Of a stretch of DNA of 64,000 nt, positions 47,533 to 57,906 are shown one piece after another; the first letter of the stretch is position 1; each line of letters opens with the position of its first letter. The stretch spans positions 557 through 64,556 of the forward strand of contig CAYPEN010000003.1 of assembly GCA_964409875.1 (NCBI GenBank). The letters run 5' to 3'. Source of the DNA: an uncultured Gammaproteobacteria bacterium. Its GTDB lineage: Bacteria > Patescibacteriota > Microgenomatia > Levybacterales > GWA1-39-11. The notes under the pieces are model-generated. The model was not told where the DNA came from. It searched no databases and worked only from the letters and a program-made list of their open reading frames with translations. The position numbers were made by a program, and so were the translations under genes.

Positions 47533-48402
47533 ATGAAGAAGAAAAAAATCTTGATATTTGGAGGTTCTGGATTGGTAGGCAAAAGTCTTTATATGCAATT
47601 TAAAGATAAATATGAAATACTTGCACCGACCCGTCAAGATTGCGATTTGCTAAGAAATACTTCAATTAATAAGTTTCTAAGTGGAAAGGAATTTGACGTA
47701 ATTATTTACGCCGCCGGAATCACAAATCAGGATATTTGTGAGAAACAGAAAAAATTGGCAATAAGAATTAATGCTTTAGCAACAGCTACAATAGCATCAA
47801 TTGCAGAAGCAAGGCAAATACCACTCGTTTATTTTTCAACAGACGCTGTTTTTTCTGGTAGCAGGGAGGAAATCAGAAAAGAACAAAGTAAGGTAAATCC
47901 TGTTAATTATTATGGATACACAAAGGCTGAAGGTGAGAAAGCTGTTCTGGCTTATCACAAGAATACGGTTATACGATTGATCTCTGTATACTCTAATAAC
48001 TTTGAGATTAAACTAGATTTTGCACGACGAATAGTAAAAGATTTGGATGAAAAAGGAATAACATTCGGAATTATAGACCAATATTTCAATCCAACCTACG
48101 TGACCAATATTTGTAACGGTTTGGCAAGGGTTGTAAACGATGGCATTTCCGGCGTTCTACATATAGCGTCTTCTGACTGCATATCAAACTATGAATTTAC
48201 TATGCTTGTTGCAAAAAGATATGGGTATGCTTCGGATTCGGTAAAGCCAATTAGGTTTTTGGATTTTACTACATCAAAAATTAGCAAAAGGGGCCAGTAC
48301 TGTTGTTTGGATGTTGAATATTCAAGGAAAATTCTAGGTAATGGTGTTTTTTCTTCCAACAAAGAAAATATTGATAGCTTTTACAATAATATTGCAAGAT
48401 AA
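47533..48402 (+). CDS. RmlD-like NDP-4-keto-6-deoxysugar reductase (SDR)
   Basis: KILIFGGSGLVGKSL, YGYTK catalytic dyad; about 290 aa as for dTDP-4-dehydrorhamnose reductase. Confidence 0.55.
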   Translation: MKKKKILIFGGSGLVGKSLYMQFKDKYEILAPTRQDCDLLRNTSINKFLSGKEFDVIIYAAGITNQDICEKQKKLAIRINALATATIASIAEARQIPLVYFSTDAVFSGSREEIRKEQSKVNPVNYYGYTKAEGEKAVLAYHKNTVIRLISVYSNNFEIKLDFARRIVKDLDEKGITFGIIDQYFNPTYVTNICNGLARVVNDGISGVLHIASSDCISNYEFTMLVAKRYGYASDSVKPIRFLDFTTSKISKRGQYCCLDVEYSRKILGNGVFSSNKENIDSFYNNIAR

Positions 48403-48406
48403 GAAG

Positions 48407-49321
48407 TTATATTTTTTGAGCAATAATTGTAAATTCGTCATGCAAGTTTAGGGTTAAGGGATATTCGTGGAAAAAATTGTGTTTTGTAATTCTTCTTAAA
48501 TATTTGATAAATGCCATTTTGGTTTCAACCCTGCTTAAAAAATAATCGATTGAATAAGTCCTTCCATATTTATAAATTTCCAGTACCTTAAAACCATTTT
48601 CTTCTAGAAGTTTTGAGAGGGTTTTTGGTGAAAAAAGTACTAAGTGCATTCTGATAAAATATGGATGACTTCCTCTAAGAATTTTAAACATCAGACTTTC
48701 AACGTCAGGGGTACCTATAGCAATAATTCCATTTGTCTTTAAAGATTTGCGTAAAGTAGAAATGGTTTCTTTCGGCCGGGATAAATGCTCAATTACATCC
48801 CACATGGTTATTGTATCGAACTTCTCGCTCGGCAATTTTGTTTTTTCTATAGCGCTACCGAGAATTTTGATGCCTTTCTTCTTAGCATAAAGCCTTGCCC
48901 AATTAGATGGCTCAATGCCATACACTTTCCAATGCCTCTTTTTTGCCAATTCCAGAAAGAATCCCGCAAAACAACCAACATCAAGAATTTCACCTTTCTT
49001 CATATATTTTTCTATGTGATTTAGATGGCTACTGGATAAAATTTTTCTGAATTTTTCTGTCTGTAAATATTCCTTGTCAACGACATCTTCATAAGCTTTC
49101 ATATACGTATTCAGTTTTTCAGCAGGATTAATGTAAATGAGTGAGCATTTTGAGCATTTCACGATTTGCCCATGTTTTGTATAGTCGCTAAGACTATTTT
49201 TACAATCGTTCGTTAATACCTCTTGAGAAAAATCACTTTTTTTAAGTGTTGATTTATAAAGCACCTTGTATTTTCTGTTTTTGCAGAGCGGACATGATAT
49301 TTTTACAAAAAAAGATTTCAT
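48407..49321 (-). CDS. class I SAM-dependent methyltransferase with N-terminal zinc ribbon (paralog of 31791..32690)
   Basis: CPLCKNRKYKV...CSKCSLIY ribbon; ILDVGCFAGFF motif I. Confidence 0.75.
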   Translation of the reverse strand: MKSFFVKISCPLCKNRKYKVLYKSTLKKSDFSQEVLTNDCKNSLSDYTKHGQIVKCSKCSLIYINPAEKLNTYMKAYEDVVDKEYLQTEKFRKILSSSHLNHIEKYMKKGEILDVGCFAGFFLELAKKRHWKVYGIEPSNWARLYAKKKGIKILGSAIEKTKLPSEKFDTITMWDVIEHLSRPKETISTLRKSLKTNGIIAIGTPDVESLMFKILRGSHPYFIRMHLVLFSPKTLSKLLEENGFKVLEIYKYGRTYSIDYFLSRVETKMAFIKYLRRITKHNFFHEYPLTLNLHDEFTIIAQKI

Positions 49322-49394
49322 AATTCGAATATTCTACCATAGAAATATTAAATGGTTGCTGAAAAAGCTATCCGATTTTGTTAAGATTACCGGT

Positions 49395-50906
49395 GTGAAG
49401 AATTTCCGTTTAACAGTTAGAGATTATCAAATTAGTATCCTCTTTTTTCTAATTGGTGTCCTTACTCGATTGCCGCTAATCGAGAAAATGCAATCGCATT
49501 GGGATGCCTCTCTTTTTAGCATTGCTGTTTTACGGTATTCAATAGAAAAAAATACTCCTCCGATTCCTGGACATCCTCTCTATATTGCATTTGGACGCCT
49601 TTTCTATTATTTTATAGCTGATCCACACGTTGCAATACTTCTAGTAAGTGTTCTTTTTTCAGGACTTAGTGCAGGTGCAATTTATGTTGCTGGAAAAACT
49701 ATTTTTAACAGGACAACAGGAGTGATTGCCGCACTTATATTTTTATCGGGTTCAACTTTTTACTATTTCGGCATAACACCATATTCATTTATTTTGCTTC
49801 CTTTTTCTTGGTCAATGATTATAGCCTCTATTTATTTGTTGGCTTTTAAGAAAAGAAAGACCACTATTTTGATTGCTTTTTTCTATGCTTTTGGTATTGG
49901 TGTTCGACCGCAAGATGCACTGTTTTTGACTCCGATTGTTTTATACTCATTTTTTATTATGTCAAAAATGGAGAAGTTAAAATTTATTGCATCATTTGTT
50001 GTTACATTCCTTGCTTGGTTCGTCCCCTTATCTATTATTGAAGGCGGCGGGCTACATTATGTTCGGCTGATACTTTCTCATCCACCACGATACCCAATTG
50101 GTTTTCATCAGCAAGATTTAGAATTAATGATTAAGGATTACTTTTTGAGTTTTGGTATAGCGGGAATATTTCTTATTTATTACTTTAGATTTTTCAGAAG
50201 AAAGCTCACTAAAAAACAAAAGAAGATTTTATTGTTTTATTCCATTTGGATTTTGCCCAACTTTATTTTTAACCTGATAGTAATAAGTGTCCATGCGGGT
50301 TATCAAATGGATTACCTCATTGCCTTTTTGTTTCTATTATCTTTTGCTATTTTTAAATTAATTGGTGAAAAAAAAGTCTTACTTTGGTCAGTAGTCTCCC
50401 TCATAGTTATAACAAACCTTTTTTTATTTTTTTGGGACAGAGATCCAAAGTTCCAAAAAGTATATCGACCCTCCTCATTCCACTATTCAGATATTAGAAA
50501 AAATGACATCAAATTAGGAGGAAAGGTAGAATATATTAAAAAAAATTACAATCCTTCCGATACGTTAATTATTACAACTTCGACGTTATGGAGTCCCTAT
50601 ATGTACCATTTAAAAGAATACCATCAATATTCAATAGAGGCTTTGTTTGTTACTAACCCTAAATTTATCAATCAACGAAGAGATTCATATAGGTGGAATG
50701 TTAATGAATACAACCGTAAAGAGAAATACTTTATAGTACCAAGCGGAATACGTCATTTGATTTTAGTCGATGATGAATTTGTAATTGACTTACACAATCT
50801 TCTTGGTCAAAAACGGTACTTGCTGGGAAATAGCTACATTATAGATATTCCTGTTGCTGGCGGTGAAAAAATTAATTACGGGTACCATTTATTGGAAAGA
50901 GAGTAA
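49395..50906 (+). CDS. GT-C glycosyltransferase, PMT_2/ArnT-like (start uncertain; the ORF-track start 49266 overlaps the divergent gene, so GTG 49395 is proposed)
   Basis: WDASLFSIAVLRYSIEKNTPPIPGHPLYIAFG first-loop motif; more than 10 TM. Confidence 0.45.
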   Translation: MKNFRLTVRDYQISILFFLIGVLTRLPLIEKMQSHWDASLFSIAVLRYSIEKNTPPIPGHPLYIAFGRLFYYFIADPHVAILLVSVLFSGLSAGAIYVAGKTIFNRTTGVIAALIFLSGSTFYYFGITPYSFILLPFSWSMIIASIYLLAFKKRKTTILIAFFYAFGIGVRPQDALFLTPIVLYSFFIMSKMEKLKFIASFVVTFLAWFVPLSIIEGGGLHYVRLILSHPPRYPIGFHQQDLELMIKDYFLSFGIAGIFLIYYFRFFRRKLTKKQKKILLFYSIWILPNFIFNLIVISVHAGYQMDYLIAFLFLLSFAIFKLIGEKKVLLWSVVSLIVITNLFLFFWDRDPKFQKVYRPSSFHYSDIRKNDIKLGGKVEYIKKNYNPSDTLIITTSTLWSPYMYHLKEYHQYSIEALFVTNPKFINQRRDSYRWNVNEYNRKEKYFIVPSGIRHLILVDDEFVIDLHNLLGQKRYLLGNSYIIDIPVAGGEKINYGYHLLERE

Positions 50907-50963
50907 TTAATATTAATTTGCATTTCCTGTAAAGACTAGTTTATAATTTCGACACTTCACAAT

Positions 50964-52238
50964 ATGCCCCAAAAAAGGACAAAACCAACAGCGACTGCAG
51001 TTATTGGAATTGGAAGAGTTGGTCTTCCTTTGGCGTTAGTTTTGGCCGATGAAAATCATGTCGTTTATGGGATTGGTAGAGATAAAGAAAAAATTGATAA
51101 AATCAATAAAGGGCAAATGCCTTTTTTAGAAAAGAATGCAAGGCCGCTTCTTAAAAAATATATTGGGAAAAAATTCTTTGCGACCACAGATTACTCTTTC
51201 ATAAAAAAAAGCGACTATATCCTTTTAACATTGGGTACACCTGTAGATGAGAACATGAACCCTGTGTACTCACAAATAAACGAATCATTAACTCTTGCCT
51301 TTCCTTTTTTTAAGGTTGGCCAAACATTAATATTGAGGAGTACTGTTTCTCCCCGGACAACAAAATATGTTAAATCCCTTATTGAAGAAAAAACAAAATT
51401 TAGAGTAGGAAAAGATTTTTTTCTTGCTTTTTGTCCTGAAAGGATATCAGAAGGAAATTCAATCGACGAAATGAAGTCTATTCCTCAAATTATCGGAGCA
51501 GGAGATAATAAGAGTTTAAAAAAAGCTACCGAATTTTTTAAAAAAATAGGCGTCGCAACAATTCCAACAGATACAGTGTCTGCTGAGTTGGCAAAATTAT
51601 TCACTAATATGTATCGTTATATAAATTTTGCTATTGCCAACGAATTCATGGTTCTTGCCCACAACTACCATAGGGACATATATGAAATTGTCAATTTGGT
51701 GAACTACAAATATAAAAGAGGCGGACTCAGTGTCCCTGGGCTTACTGCGGGTCCATGTCTATTCAAAGACGGTTTTTTTCTTATTTCAGATTTACCATAT
51801 GCAGATTTAATTTCAACGAGCTGGAAAATAAACGAGTCAATGCCAATGTTCCTTATTCGTTTAGTGCGGGAAAGAATGAAACTCGAAAATAAAAAAGCAG
51901 TTATTTTAGGACTTTCCTTTAAAGCTGAAATTGATGATATTCGTGAGTCATTAAGCTTTAAGGCAAGGAATGCTCTCTTGCGTGAAAGAGCAGAAGTGGT
52001 GTTGCACGATCCATATGTAAAAAAATACCATAATCAGGAAATAGAAAAGGATGTATATAAGGCTGTTGAAGGAGCAGATCTTATTTTCATTGCTACAAAC
52101 CACAATGCTTATAAGAAAGTCAATATTAAGAAAATAAAAAGTTTGGTAAAGAAAAATTGCATAGTATGCGATGTGTGGAACGTATGGGGTACTGACAAAA
52201 TTATTTACAGAATAAATAATGTAAACGAAGAGATTTAA
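50964..52238 (+). CDS. nucleotide-sugar (UDP-glucose/UDP-ManNAc-type) 6-dehydrogenase
   Basis: AVIGIGRVGLPLALVLA Rossmann motif; catalytic Cys in GLTAGPCLFKD. Confidence 0.8.
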   Translation: MPQKRTKPTATAVIGIGRVGLPLALVLADENHVVYGIGRDKEKIDKINKGQMPFLEKNARPLLKKYIGKKFFATTDYSFIKKSDYILLTLGTPVDENMNPVYSQINESLTLAFPFFKVGQTLILRSTVSPRTTKYVKSLIEEKTKFRVGKDFFLAFCPERISEGNSIDEMKSIPQIIGAGDNKSLKKATEFFKKIGVATIPTDTVSAELAKLFTNMYRYINFAIANEFMVLAHNYHRDIYEIVNLVNYKYKRGGLSVPGLTAGPCLFKDGFFLISDLPYADLISTSWKINESMPMFLIRLVRERMKLENKKAVILGLSFKAEIDDIRESLSFKARNALLRERAEVVLHDPYVKKYHNQEIEKDVYKAVEGADLIFIATNHNAYKKVNIKKIKSLVKKNCIVCDVWNVWGTDKIIYRINNVNEEI

Positions 52239-52239
52239 T

Positions 52240-52959
52240 CTAAAGCCTCTGCATATTTAATCCAACTTTTATAATTGTCCACAGAAATTTAAAACCGTCA
52301 TTAATCGGCATTAGCTTTGAGCTGCCATGTGCCCGCTTTCTATAAATTATTGGGACATTTATAATTTTATAATTTTTTTGCGCAGCTTTTATTATTACCT
52401 CAGCTTCGTACCCATAATGATCCTCCTTCATATTGATATCTTTTAATACCTTGGTCTTAAAAGCCTTAAACCCTGCAAGCATATCGGTGACTCTTTGTCC
52501 TGCAGCAATTGAAGTGGCAAGGGATAAGAAATGAATTCCAAATTCTCGAAGGGGGGTTACAGAATCTTTATACACTTTTGCCCCTTTCTCGTAGCGGGTA
52601 GCTAAAGCAACGTCATAACCGTTTTGAAGTGCATCTATAAATTTTGGGATATCAGATGGCATAAATTGGTAGTCCGCATCAATTTGTACCGTATAATCTC
52701 CCTTTATATGTTTAATTGCTTTTCTTAAAGCTGCTCCTTTGCCTTTCCATTTTCCTGTCTGTATAACTGTTGCCCCTGCTTTTTCTGCAATTTCCGCTGT
52801 TTTGTCGGTAGTTTTATCATCAAGAACAACTAAAACTTGTAAATTATATTGTTTTAATTTAAAGCATTCGCTTAAAGTTCTGCCAATATTTTTCTCCTCG
52901 TTCAGCGCCGCCATTGTTATAGTTACTTTAGGTTTAGTTGTTTTTTGAGTTCCTTTCAT
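52240..52959 (-). CDS. GT2 glycosyltransferase (Dpm1-like)
   Basis: VTITMAALNEEKNIGRTL...VLVVLDDKTTDKT. Confidence 0.75.
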   Translation of the reverse strand: MKGTQKTTKPKVTITMAALNEEKNIGRTLSECFKLKQYNLQVLVVLDDKTTDKTAEIAEKAGATVIQTGKWKGKGAALRKAIKHIKGDYTVQIDADYQFMPSDIPKFIDALQNGYDVALATRYEKGAKVYKDSVTPLREFGIHFLSLATSIAAGQRVTDMLAGFKAFKTKVLKDINMKEDHYGYEAEVIIKAAQKNYKIINVPIIYRKRAHGSSKLMPINDGFKFLWTIIKVGLNMQRL

Positions 52960-53071
52960 GTACTTATCTAAATTCTATATAGAATAATGCGTTGATTATA
53001 TCAGAATATTTTTGTATCTCAAACATTAGAAATGTCTGATAAAATAATACATCGAACCTAAGTAAAAAAAG

Positions 53072-53521
53072 GTGAAAATTCTTTCTTCAAAAAAAAATAT
53101 ATATATTTTTGCTATTGTTCTTCTATCATGTGAGCTTTTTTTATCAATAATCCGGCTGACCTATTATATTTACAAAGGAATAACAATTGACGAAAAGTGG
53201 AATAATTTGACATTGGAACAAAAAAGAATGAAATACTATGGTGATGAGTATATTTTTTTTGAAAAGACTCGAGACATCAATACCAACACGTTTTATCTTC
53301 TATCAAAAGATGGGAAAGCATATTTTCTAGGAAGATATCTTCTTTATCCCAAAAAAATATTTCTTATTACTGATGCAGATGTAGTTAAAAGCAATCAATA
53401 CCTTTTAAATTTTAAAAATGCACAAAATGTCGAATTGTTACTCGGCAAAAAATTCATTTTGCAAGACATAATAGAAAATGACGCAGGCTTAACAATTGGA
53501 GAAGTCTTAATAAAAAAATGA
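53072..53521 (+). CDS. hypothetical protein with N-terminal TM anchor
   Basis: 149 aa; its stop overlaps the next gene's start. Confidence 0.35.
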   Translation: MKILSSKKNIYIFAIVLLSCELFLSIIRLTYYIYKGITIDEKWNNLTLEQKRMKYYGDEYIFFEKTRDINTNTFYLLSKDGKAYFLGRYLLYPKKIFLITDADVVKSNQYLLNFKNAQNVELLLGKKFILQDIIENDAGLTIGEVLIKK

Positions 53522-54804
53522 GTTATCTACATGTAATTTTTGCCATTTCAATAATTATTCTTTTCGGGTTTGGAATCGGTGAGATATTTTCTCTATATGG
53601 AAAAAAATCTTCGTTTGAGAAAGTTGCCTTATCATTAGGAGTGGGTGGAGGATTTGTTACGCTTGAAATGTTTCTTTATTCGCTTCTTGGTATACCCTGG
53701 AGTTTAATTCATTTAATTCTTCCAATAATATTGGTAGGAATTGGACTGATTTTCAAAGTTCGCAAAAAAGGATTTAATCTAAAATTCAGGAAATATAATA
53801 ATGTTCAAAAAATACTAATACTATTGCTTGTAATAACATGTTGCTACGTACTATGGGAAGCGTCTCTTCGTCCACTTCCTTCATGGGATGGGTGGTCGGC
53901 TTTCTATTTACAAGGAAAAGCATTTTATGTCGATGGTTTTCTAAACCCTCAAGTTGCACGATATAGCGGGGTTACCAATCCGCCTTTTGTAGCACTTCTT
54001 ATCGCGTTTATGTATAAATTTTTAGGGGTAGCGGATGATAAATCTACACTAATTTTTTTCAGCTCTTTCTATGTAGCTTTAGGAGTAATTTATTACAAGA
54101 ATATACATAGATACTTAAGTACAACATTATCGCTTCTTTTTACATTTTTATTGATGTCTACCCCGAATCTTATGAGGCATGCGGGGAATGTAGATATAGG
54201 CCATGCGGATTTAATCGTTGGATATTTTTTCCTGGCTTCAACAATAAGTATTGTTGAATTTTCAAGAAGTACAAAATTCAAGACTCTTATTCTATGTCAA
54301 TTGTTACTCGCTTTTGGCGCGTTTGTAAAGGATGAAGGTTTTGTTTTTTTCTTGATTGGACAAGGGATTTTGCTGTTCCTGACACTAAGAGCGCGTAAAT
54401 TTAGTGAGATTAAAGGTTTAATATCTGGTTTTTTTATCATAGGAATATGGATAGGGTACAAATATGTCTTTAAGATTCCGCAAAACCCTTTTTATAATCA
54501 TACTCCCAATTTATTTAGGTTTTTAGATATAATAAAAACTACAGCTTTTGAATACGTAAATTTTACAAGATGGAGTTTATTATGGCCAATGACATTTGTT
54601 TTATATTTTGTTCATAAAATGAATAACGAGGTCAAAACGGTTCTTATTATATTTGGCCTTCAACTTGGTGTGTATATAGGTATATATTTTACTACTCCTC
54701 AAAATCCAGTAGAACATATATATAGTTCGTTTGATAGATTATTATTGCATTTATTACCACTTTTTCTATATGGAGCAGCTATAAACATGCAAAAAACAAA
54801 ATGA
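53518..54804 (+). CDS. polytopic membrane protein (possible GT-C-like)
   Basis: 428 aa, about 11 TM, loop SWDGWSAFYLQGKAFYVDGF. Confidence 0.4.
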   Translation: MSYLHVIFAISIIILFGFGIGEIFSLYGKKSSFEKVALSLGVGGGFVTLEMFLYSLLGIPWSLIHLILPIILVGIGLIFKVRKKGFNLKFRKYNNVQKILILLLVITCCYVLWEASLRPLPSWDGWSAFYLQGKAFYVDGFLNPQVARYSGVTNPPFVALLIAFMYKFLGVADDKSTLIFFSSFYVALGVIYYKNIHRYLSTTLSLLFTFLLMSTPNLMRHAGNVDIGHADLIVGYFFLASTISIVEFSRSTKFKTLILCQLLLAFGAFVKDEGFVFFLIGQGILLFLTLRARKFSEIKGLISGFFIIGIWIGYKYVFKIPQNPFYNHTPNLFRFLDIIKTTAFEYVNFTRWSLLWPMTFVLYFVHKMNNEVKTVLIIFGLQLGVYIGIYFTTPQNPVEHIYSSFDRLLLHLLPLFLYGAAINMQKTK

Positions 54805-54811
54805 ATTATTT

Positions 54812-55522
54812 ATGAAATATAAGGGAGTAAAAACATTAGAAGTGCTTGAAGGAGCTGATAATTACAATAACTGGATAGCGAGCTCACTCAAAAAATACAT
54901 TAAGTCCCCCGCCTTAGAAATAGGCGCGGGAACCGGCAATATTTCCTCGTGCTTTATAAATTTGAAAGAACTGGTCTTAACCGATGTTGATCCTGATTTG
55001 GTCGATTTTTTATCCCGAAAATTTAAGCAAAATGAAAATATTCATACTGAAGTGCTTGATATCTCAAAGCAATTGGGAGTTATAAAAAACAAGTTCAAAA
55101 CTATTTATTCTGTTAACGTATTAGAACACATTAAAGACGATAGAAAGGCTCTTCGTAATATACATAGTTTATTGCAAGAAGATGGAAGAGTAATTCTGTT
55201 AGTGCCTGCTAAAAAAAGGGCATATACAAAGCTTGATGCGAATTTAGGACATGTAAAACGGTATGAGAAAAATGAGTTGAGAAGGTTACTTGAAGAGTGT
55301 AATTTCAAGGTAGAACACCTTGAATATTTTAATTCTTTAGGTCTTCTAAGCTGGATAGTTAGAAGCAAGCTTACAAGGAATAACTCTCATTTAAAAAAAT
55401 CACATGTGAAAATGTTTGACATTCTTGTGCCTATCTTAAGAAGAATTGAACCGAGCAGAGGGCTACCAGTAGGAATATCATTAATAGCCGTTGGAAAAAG
55501 GCAACGTAACCAATTTTCATAA
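54812..55522 (+). CDS. class I SAM-dependent methyltransferase
   Basis: ALEIGAGTGNIS motif I. Confidence 0.75.
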   Translation: MKYKGVKTLEVLEGADNYNNWIASSLKKYIKSPALEIGAGTGNISSCFINLKELVLTDVDPDLVDFLSRKFKQNENIHTEVLDISKQLGVIKNKFKTIYSVNVLEHIKDDRKALRNIHSLLQEDGRVILLVPAKKRAYTKLDANLGHVKRYEKNELRRLLEECNFKVEHLEYFNSLGLLSWIVRSKLTRNNSHLKKSHVKMFDILVPILRRIEPSRGLPVGISLIAVGKRQRNQFS

Positions 55523-55536
55523 GTGGAAAATTAAAT

Positions 55537-56283
55537 ATGAAAAGTACTCTAAGTATTGTTGTTCTTACTCATAACGATGAGAGTAGAATAGTGGATTGTC
55601 TTGAGTGCTTAAGATTTGCAGATGAATTAATAATCGTTGATGATAAGTCACAGGATAGAACAGTTGAGCTTGCAAAGCAATTTACCAGTAAGGTTTTTGT
55701 GAGAGAACTCAACAAGAATTTTTCAAATCAGAGAAATTTTGCGCTTAACAATGTGCACTCTCAGTGGGTATTGTTCATAGACTCCGATGAGTTAGTCTCA
55801 AATGCTTTAAGAGATGAGATTCTTACAGCTATTGGGAAAAAAGATGTTTCCGGATTCAATATAAAGCGGTTTGACTATGTATGGGGTAAAAAAATGACTC
55901 ATGGTGAGTTAAGCCAAGTAAAACTTTTACGATTAGCCAGAAAGGATGACGGAAAATGGCATGGGAAAGTGCATGAAACATGGAGGATAATAGGAAAAGT
56001 GGAGGAGCTTTCGCAGCCGTTACTTCATGTTCCACATCAAAATATCAGACAATTTGTAAGTGATATTGATGAATATTCAACCCTTAGAGCCGAGGAATTA
56101 AGAGAAAAAAAATCTTCAGTGTCATTTTTAGATATCCTATGCTATCCAATGGCAAAATTTATTCAGAATTACGTGATAAGGCAAGGCTATAAAGATGGAA
56201 TTCCAGGAATACTATATGCCTTGATGATGAGCTTCCATTCATTTTTGGTGCGGGCAAAATTATATCAATTACATAATGAGTAG
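55537..56283 (+). CDS. GT2 glycosyltransferase
   Basis: LSIVVLTHNDESRI...IIVDDKSQDRT. Confidence 0.75.
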   Translation: MKSTLSIVVLTHNDESRIVDCLECLRFADELIIVDDKSQDRTVELAKQFTSKVFVRELNKNFSNQRNFALNNVHSQWVLFIDSDELVSNALRDEILTAIGKKDVSGFNIKRFDYVWGKKMTHGELSQVKLLRLARKDDGKWHGKVHETWRIIGKVEELSQPLLHVPHQNIRQFVSDIDEYSTLRAEELREKKSSVSFLDILCYPMAKFIQNYVIRQGYKDGIPGILYALMMSFHSFLVRAKLYQLHNE

Positions 56284-57844
56284 ATATCCTTCGAAGCGTG
56301 TTACCAATAATCCTTTGATAGCATCTTTTGAAAACAAATGGCGAATTGCTTTACTAATTTTTCTATTTGCCTTCTCCATCCGATTGGCAACAATTGATAA
56401 AATTGGAAAGACTTGGGATGAGGGTGCATATGTTGAAATAGGAAATAGATATGTTGAGCTAGCATTAAAACATGATTTTTCTAACGCATATTGGTACTTG
56501 CAGTCAGATCATCCACCTCTAGCAAGATATATATATGGATTGGCAAGCACGTTAGATAGTAAAATTATTGAAGGAAAAGTTATATTTAATAATTCATATA
56601 CCGCTTCACGGATAGTAGCATCGTTCATGGGCTCATTGACCGTGCTGTTTATTGTTTTTATCGGATATAAATACTTTTCTTCATTTGTTGCAATTTCCTC
56701 AGGTTTAATATTTGCTCTTATTCCTTTTTTTATCGGATTGTCGCAATTAGGCACACTGGAAAGTCCGATTATGCTCTTTTTCACTGCGACTGTATTCTTC
56801 TTCTTGGAATTCCAATCAAAACCTACTAATAAAAATCTCATTTTTACGGGTTTACTACTTGGATGTTCGCTATTGGTAAAGCAGTCGAATGTAATTATCA
56901 TTCCTCTGCTTGTTTTAATAGGCATCATTCGAAATACTACGGATAAAAAAATAAAGCTTAATAACTTCCTTTCAGATGCAAAAAGTATCTTGATTATTTC
57001 ACTGATAGCATTTCTTACCTGTTTTGTATTATGGCCAATGCCCTTTTTCCATTTGAGTGAGCTTTTCTATGTACAAAATAAAATGTGGGTACATGCGGTG
57101 AAACTACCACCACCGGAGGTTTATTTTGGAGTCTTACGATTAGTGCCAAAACAATATTACCTGGTTATGTTTTTTATCACCACGCCTTTTTTACTGTTGT
57201 TTCTGGGAGTTCTTGGAGGAATAAAAGTATTACTAAATAGAAAATTTGTAATGATTGTTATTTTGATATGGTTTTTGTTCCCATTTTTGCAAATGTTTTA
57301 TTCGTTCAAACAGCATGGTGTGAGATACATAATTGAAATTTATGCACCTTTCGCACTTCTATGTGGCATTGGACTTGAATTTATTAGCGAGAAACTATCA
57401 GGTGTCAAATATATAAAAGCTATTACTCTTAGTTTTGTTGTGTTTTATCTCTTTTTAATTTTAGGAAAAATAACGCCCTATTATCTCGATTACTTCAATG
57501 AGTTTGTGGGGGGGAACAATTATGTATATCAACATAAATTATTTCAGATGGGGTGGTGGGGACAAGGGATAGAGGAAGCTGCAAAGTATATTTCCAGAAA
57601 CGAAAAGAAAATAGTTACTGTTGCTGTGGATGGGCCGCAACCGGCATCGGTAATGCCCCGACTTTGGAATATAAAGACGGTTTATTATAATAGGAACTCT
57701 ACCTTTGATTATGTTATTGTCCCATACTTTAATGTTGTAAGGCTTGGTTTTCCTGAAAAGGAATTGACTGCACATTATAGAAAAATTCATTCCGTAATGA
57801 TTGATAGAGCAGAGTTAGTTAAAATCTATAAACACATTCAATAG
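56276..57844 (+). CDS. GT-C glycosyltransferase of ArnT/PMT family (GT39/GT83-like)
   Basis: KTWDEGAYVEIGNRY...SDHPPLARYIYG matches the ArnT first periplasmic-loop signature (DE...Y.E.......PPL.Y). Confidence 0.6.
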   Translation: MSRYPSKRVTNNPLIASFENKWRIALLIFLFAFSIRLATIDKIGKTWDEGAYVEIGNRYVELALKHDFSNAYWYLQSDHPPLARYIYGLASTLDSKIIEGKVIFNNSYTASRIVASFMGSLTVLFIVFIGYKYFSSFVAISSGLIFALIPFFIGLSQLGTLESPIMLFFTATVFFFLEFQSKPTNKNLIFTGLLLGCSLLVKQSNVIIIPLLVLIGIIRNTTDKKIKLNNFLSDAKSILIISLIAFLTCFVLWPMPFFHLSELFYVQNKMWVHAVKLPPPEVYFGVLRLVPKQYYLVMFFITTPFLLLFLGVLGGIKVLLNRKFVMIVILIWFLFPFLQMFYSFKQHGVRYIIEIYAPFALLCGIGLEFISEKLSGVKYIKAITLSFVVFYLFLILGKITPYYLDYFNEFVGGNNYVYQHKLFQMGWWGQGIEEAAKYISRNEKKIVTVAVDGPQPASVMPRLWNIKTVYYNRNSTFDYVIVPYFNVVRLGFPEKELTAHYRKIHSVMIDRAELVKIYKHIQ

Positions 57845-57906
57845 ATTTTAGATTATGAATGGAGCTATGTTATGCGTTTAACTAAAAATGATATCGTTTT
57901 TTTAAT

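Noticed and set aside
49266-49394. ORF-track start of the GT-C gene overlapping the divergent methyltransferase start by 56 nt
   Set aside because: Divergent overlapping starts are implausible; the in-frame GTG at 49395, just before the first TM helix, is a more likely start.
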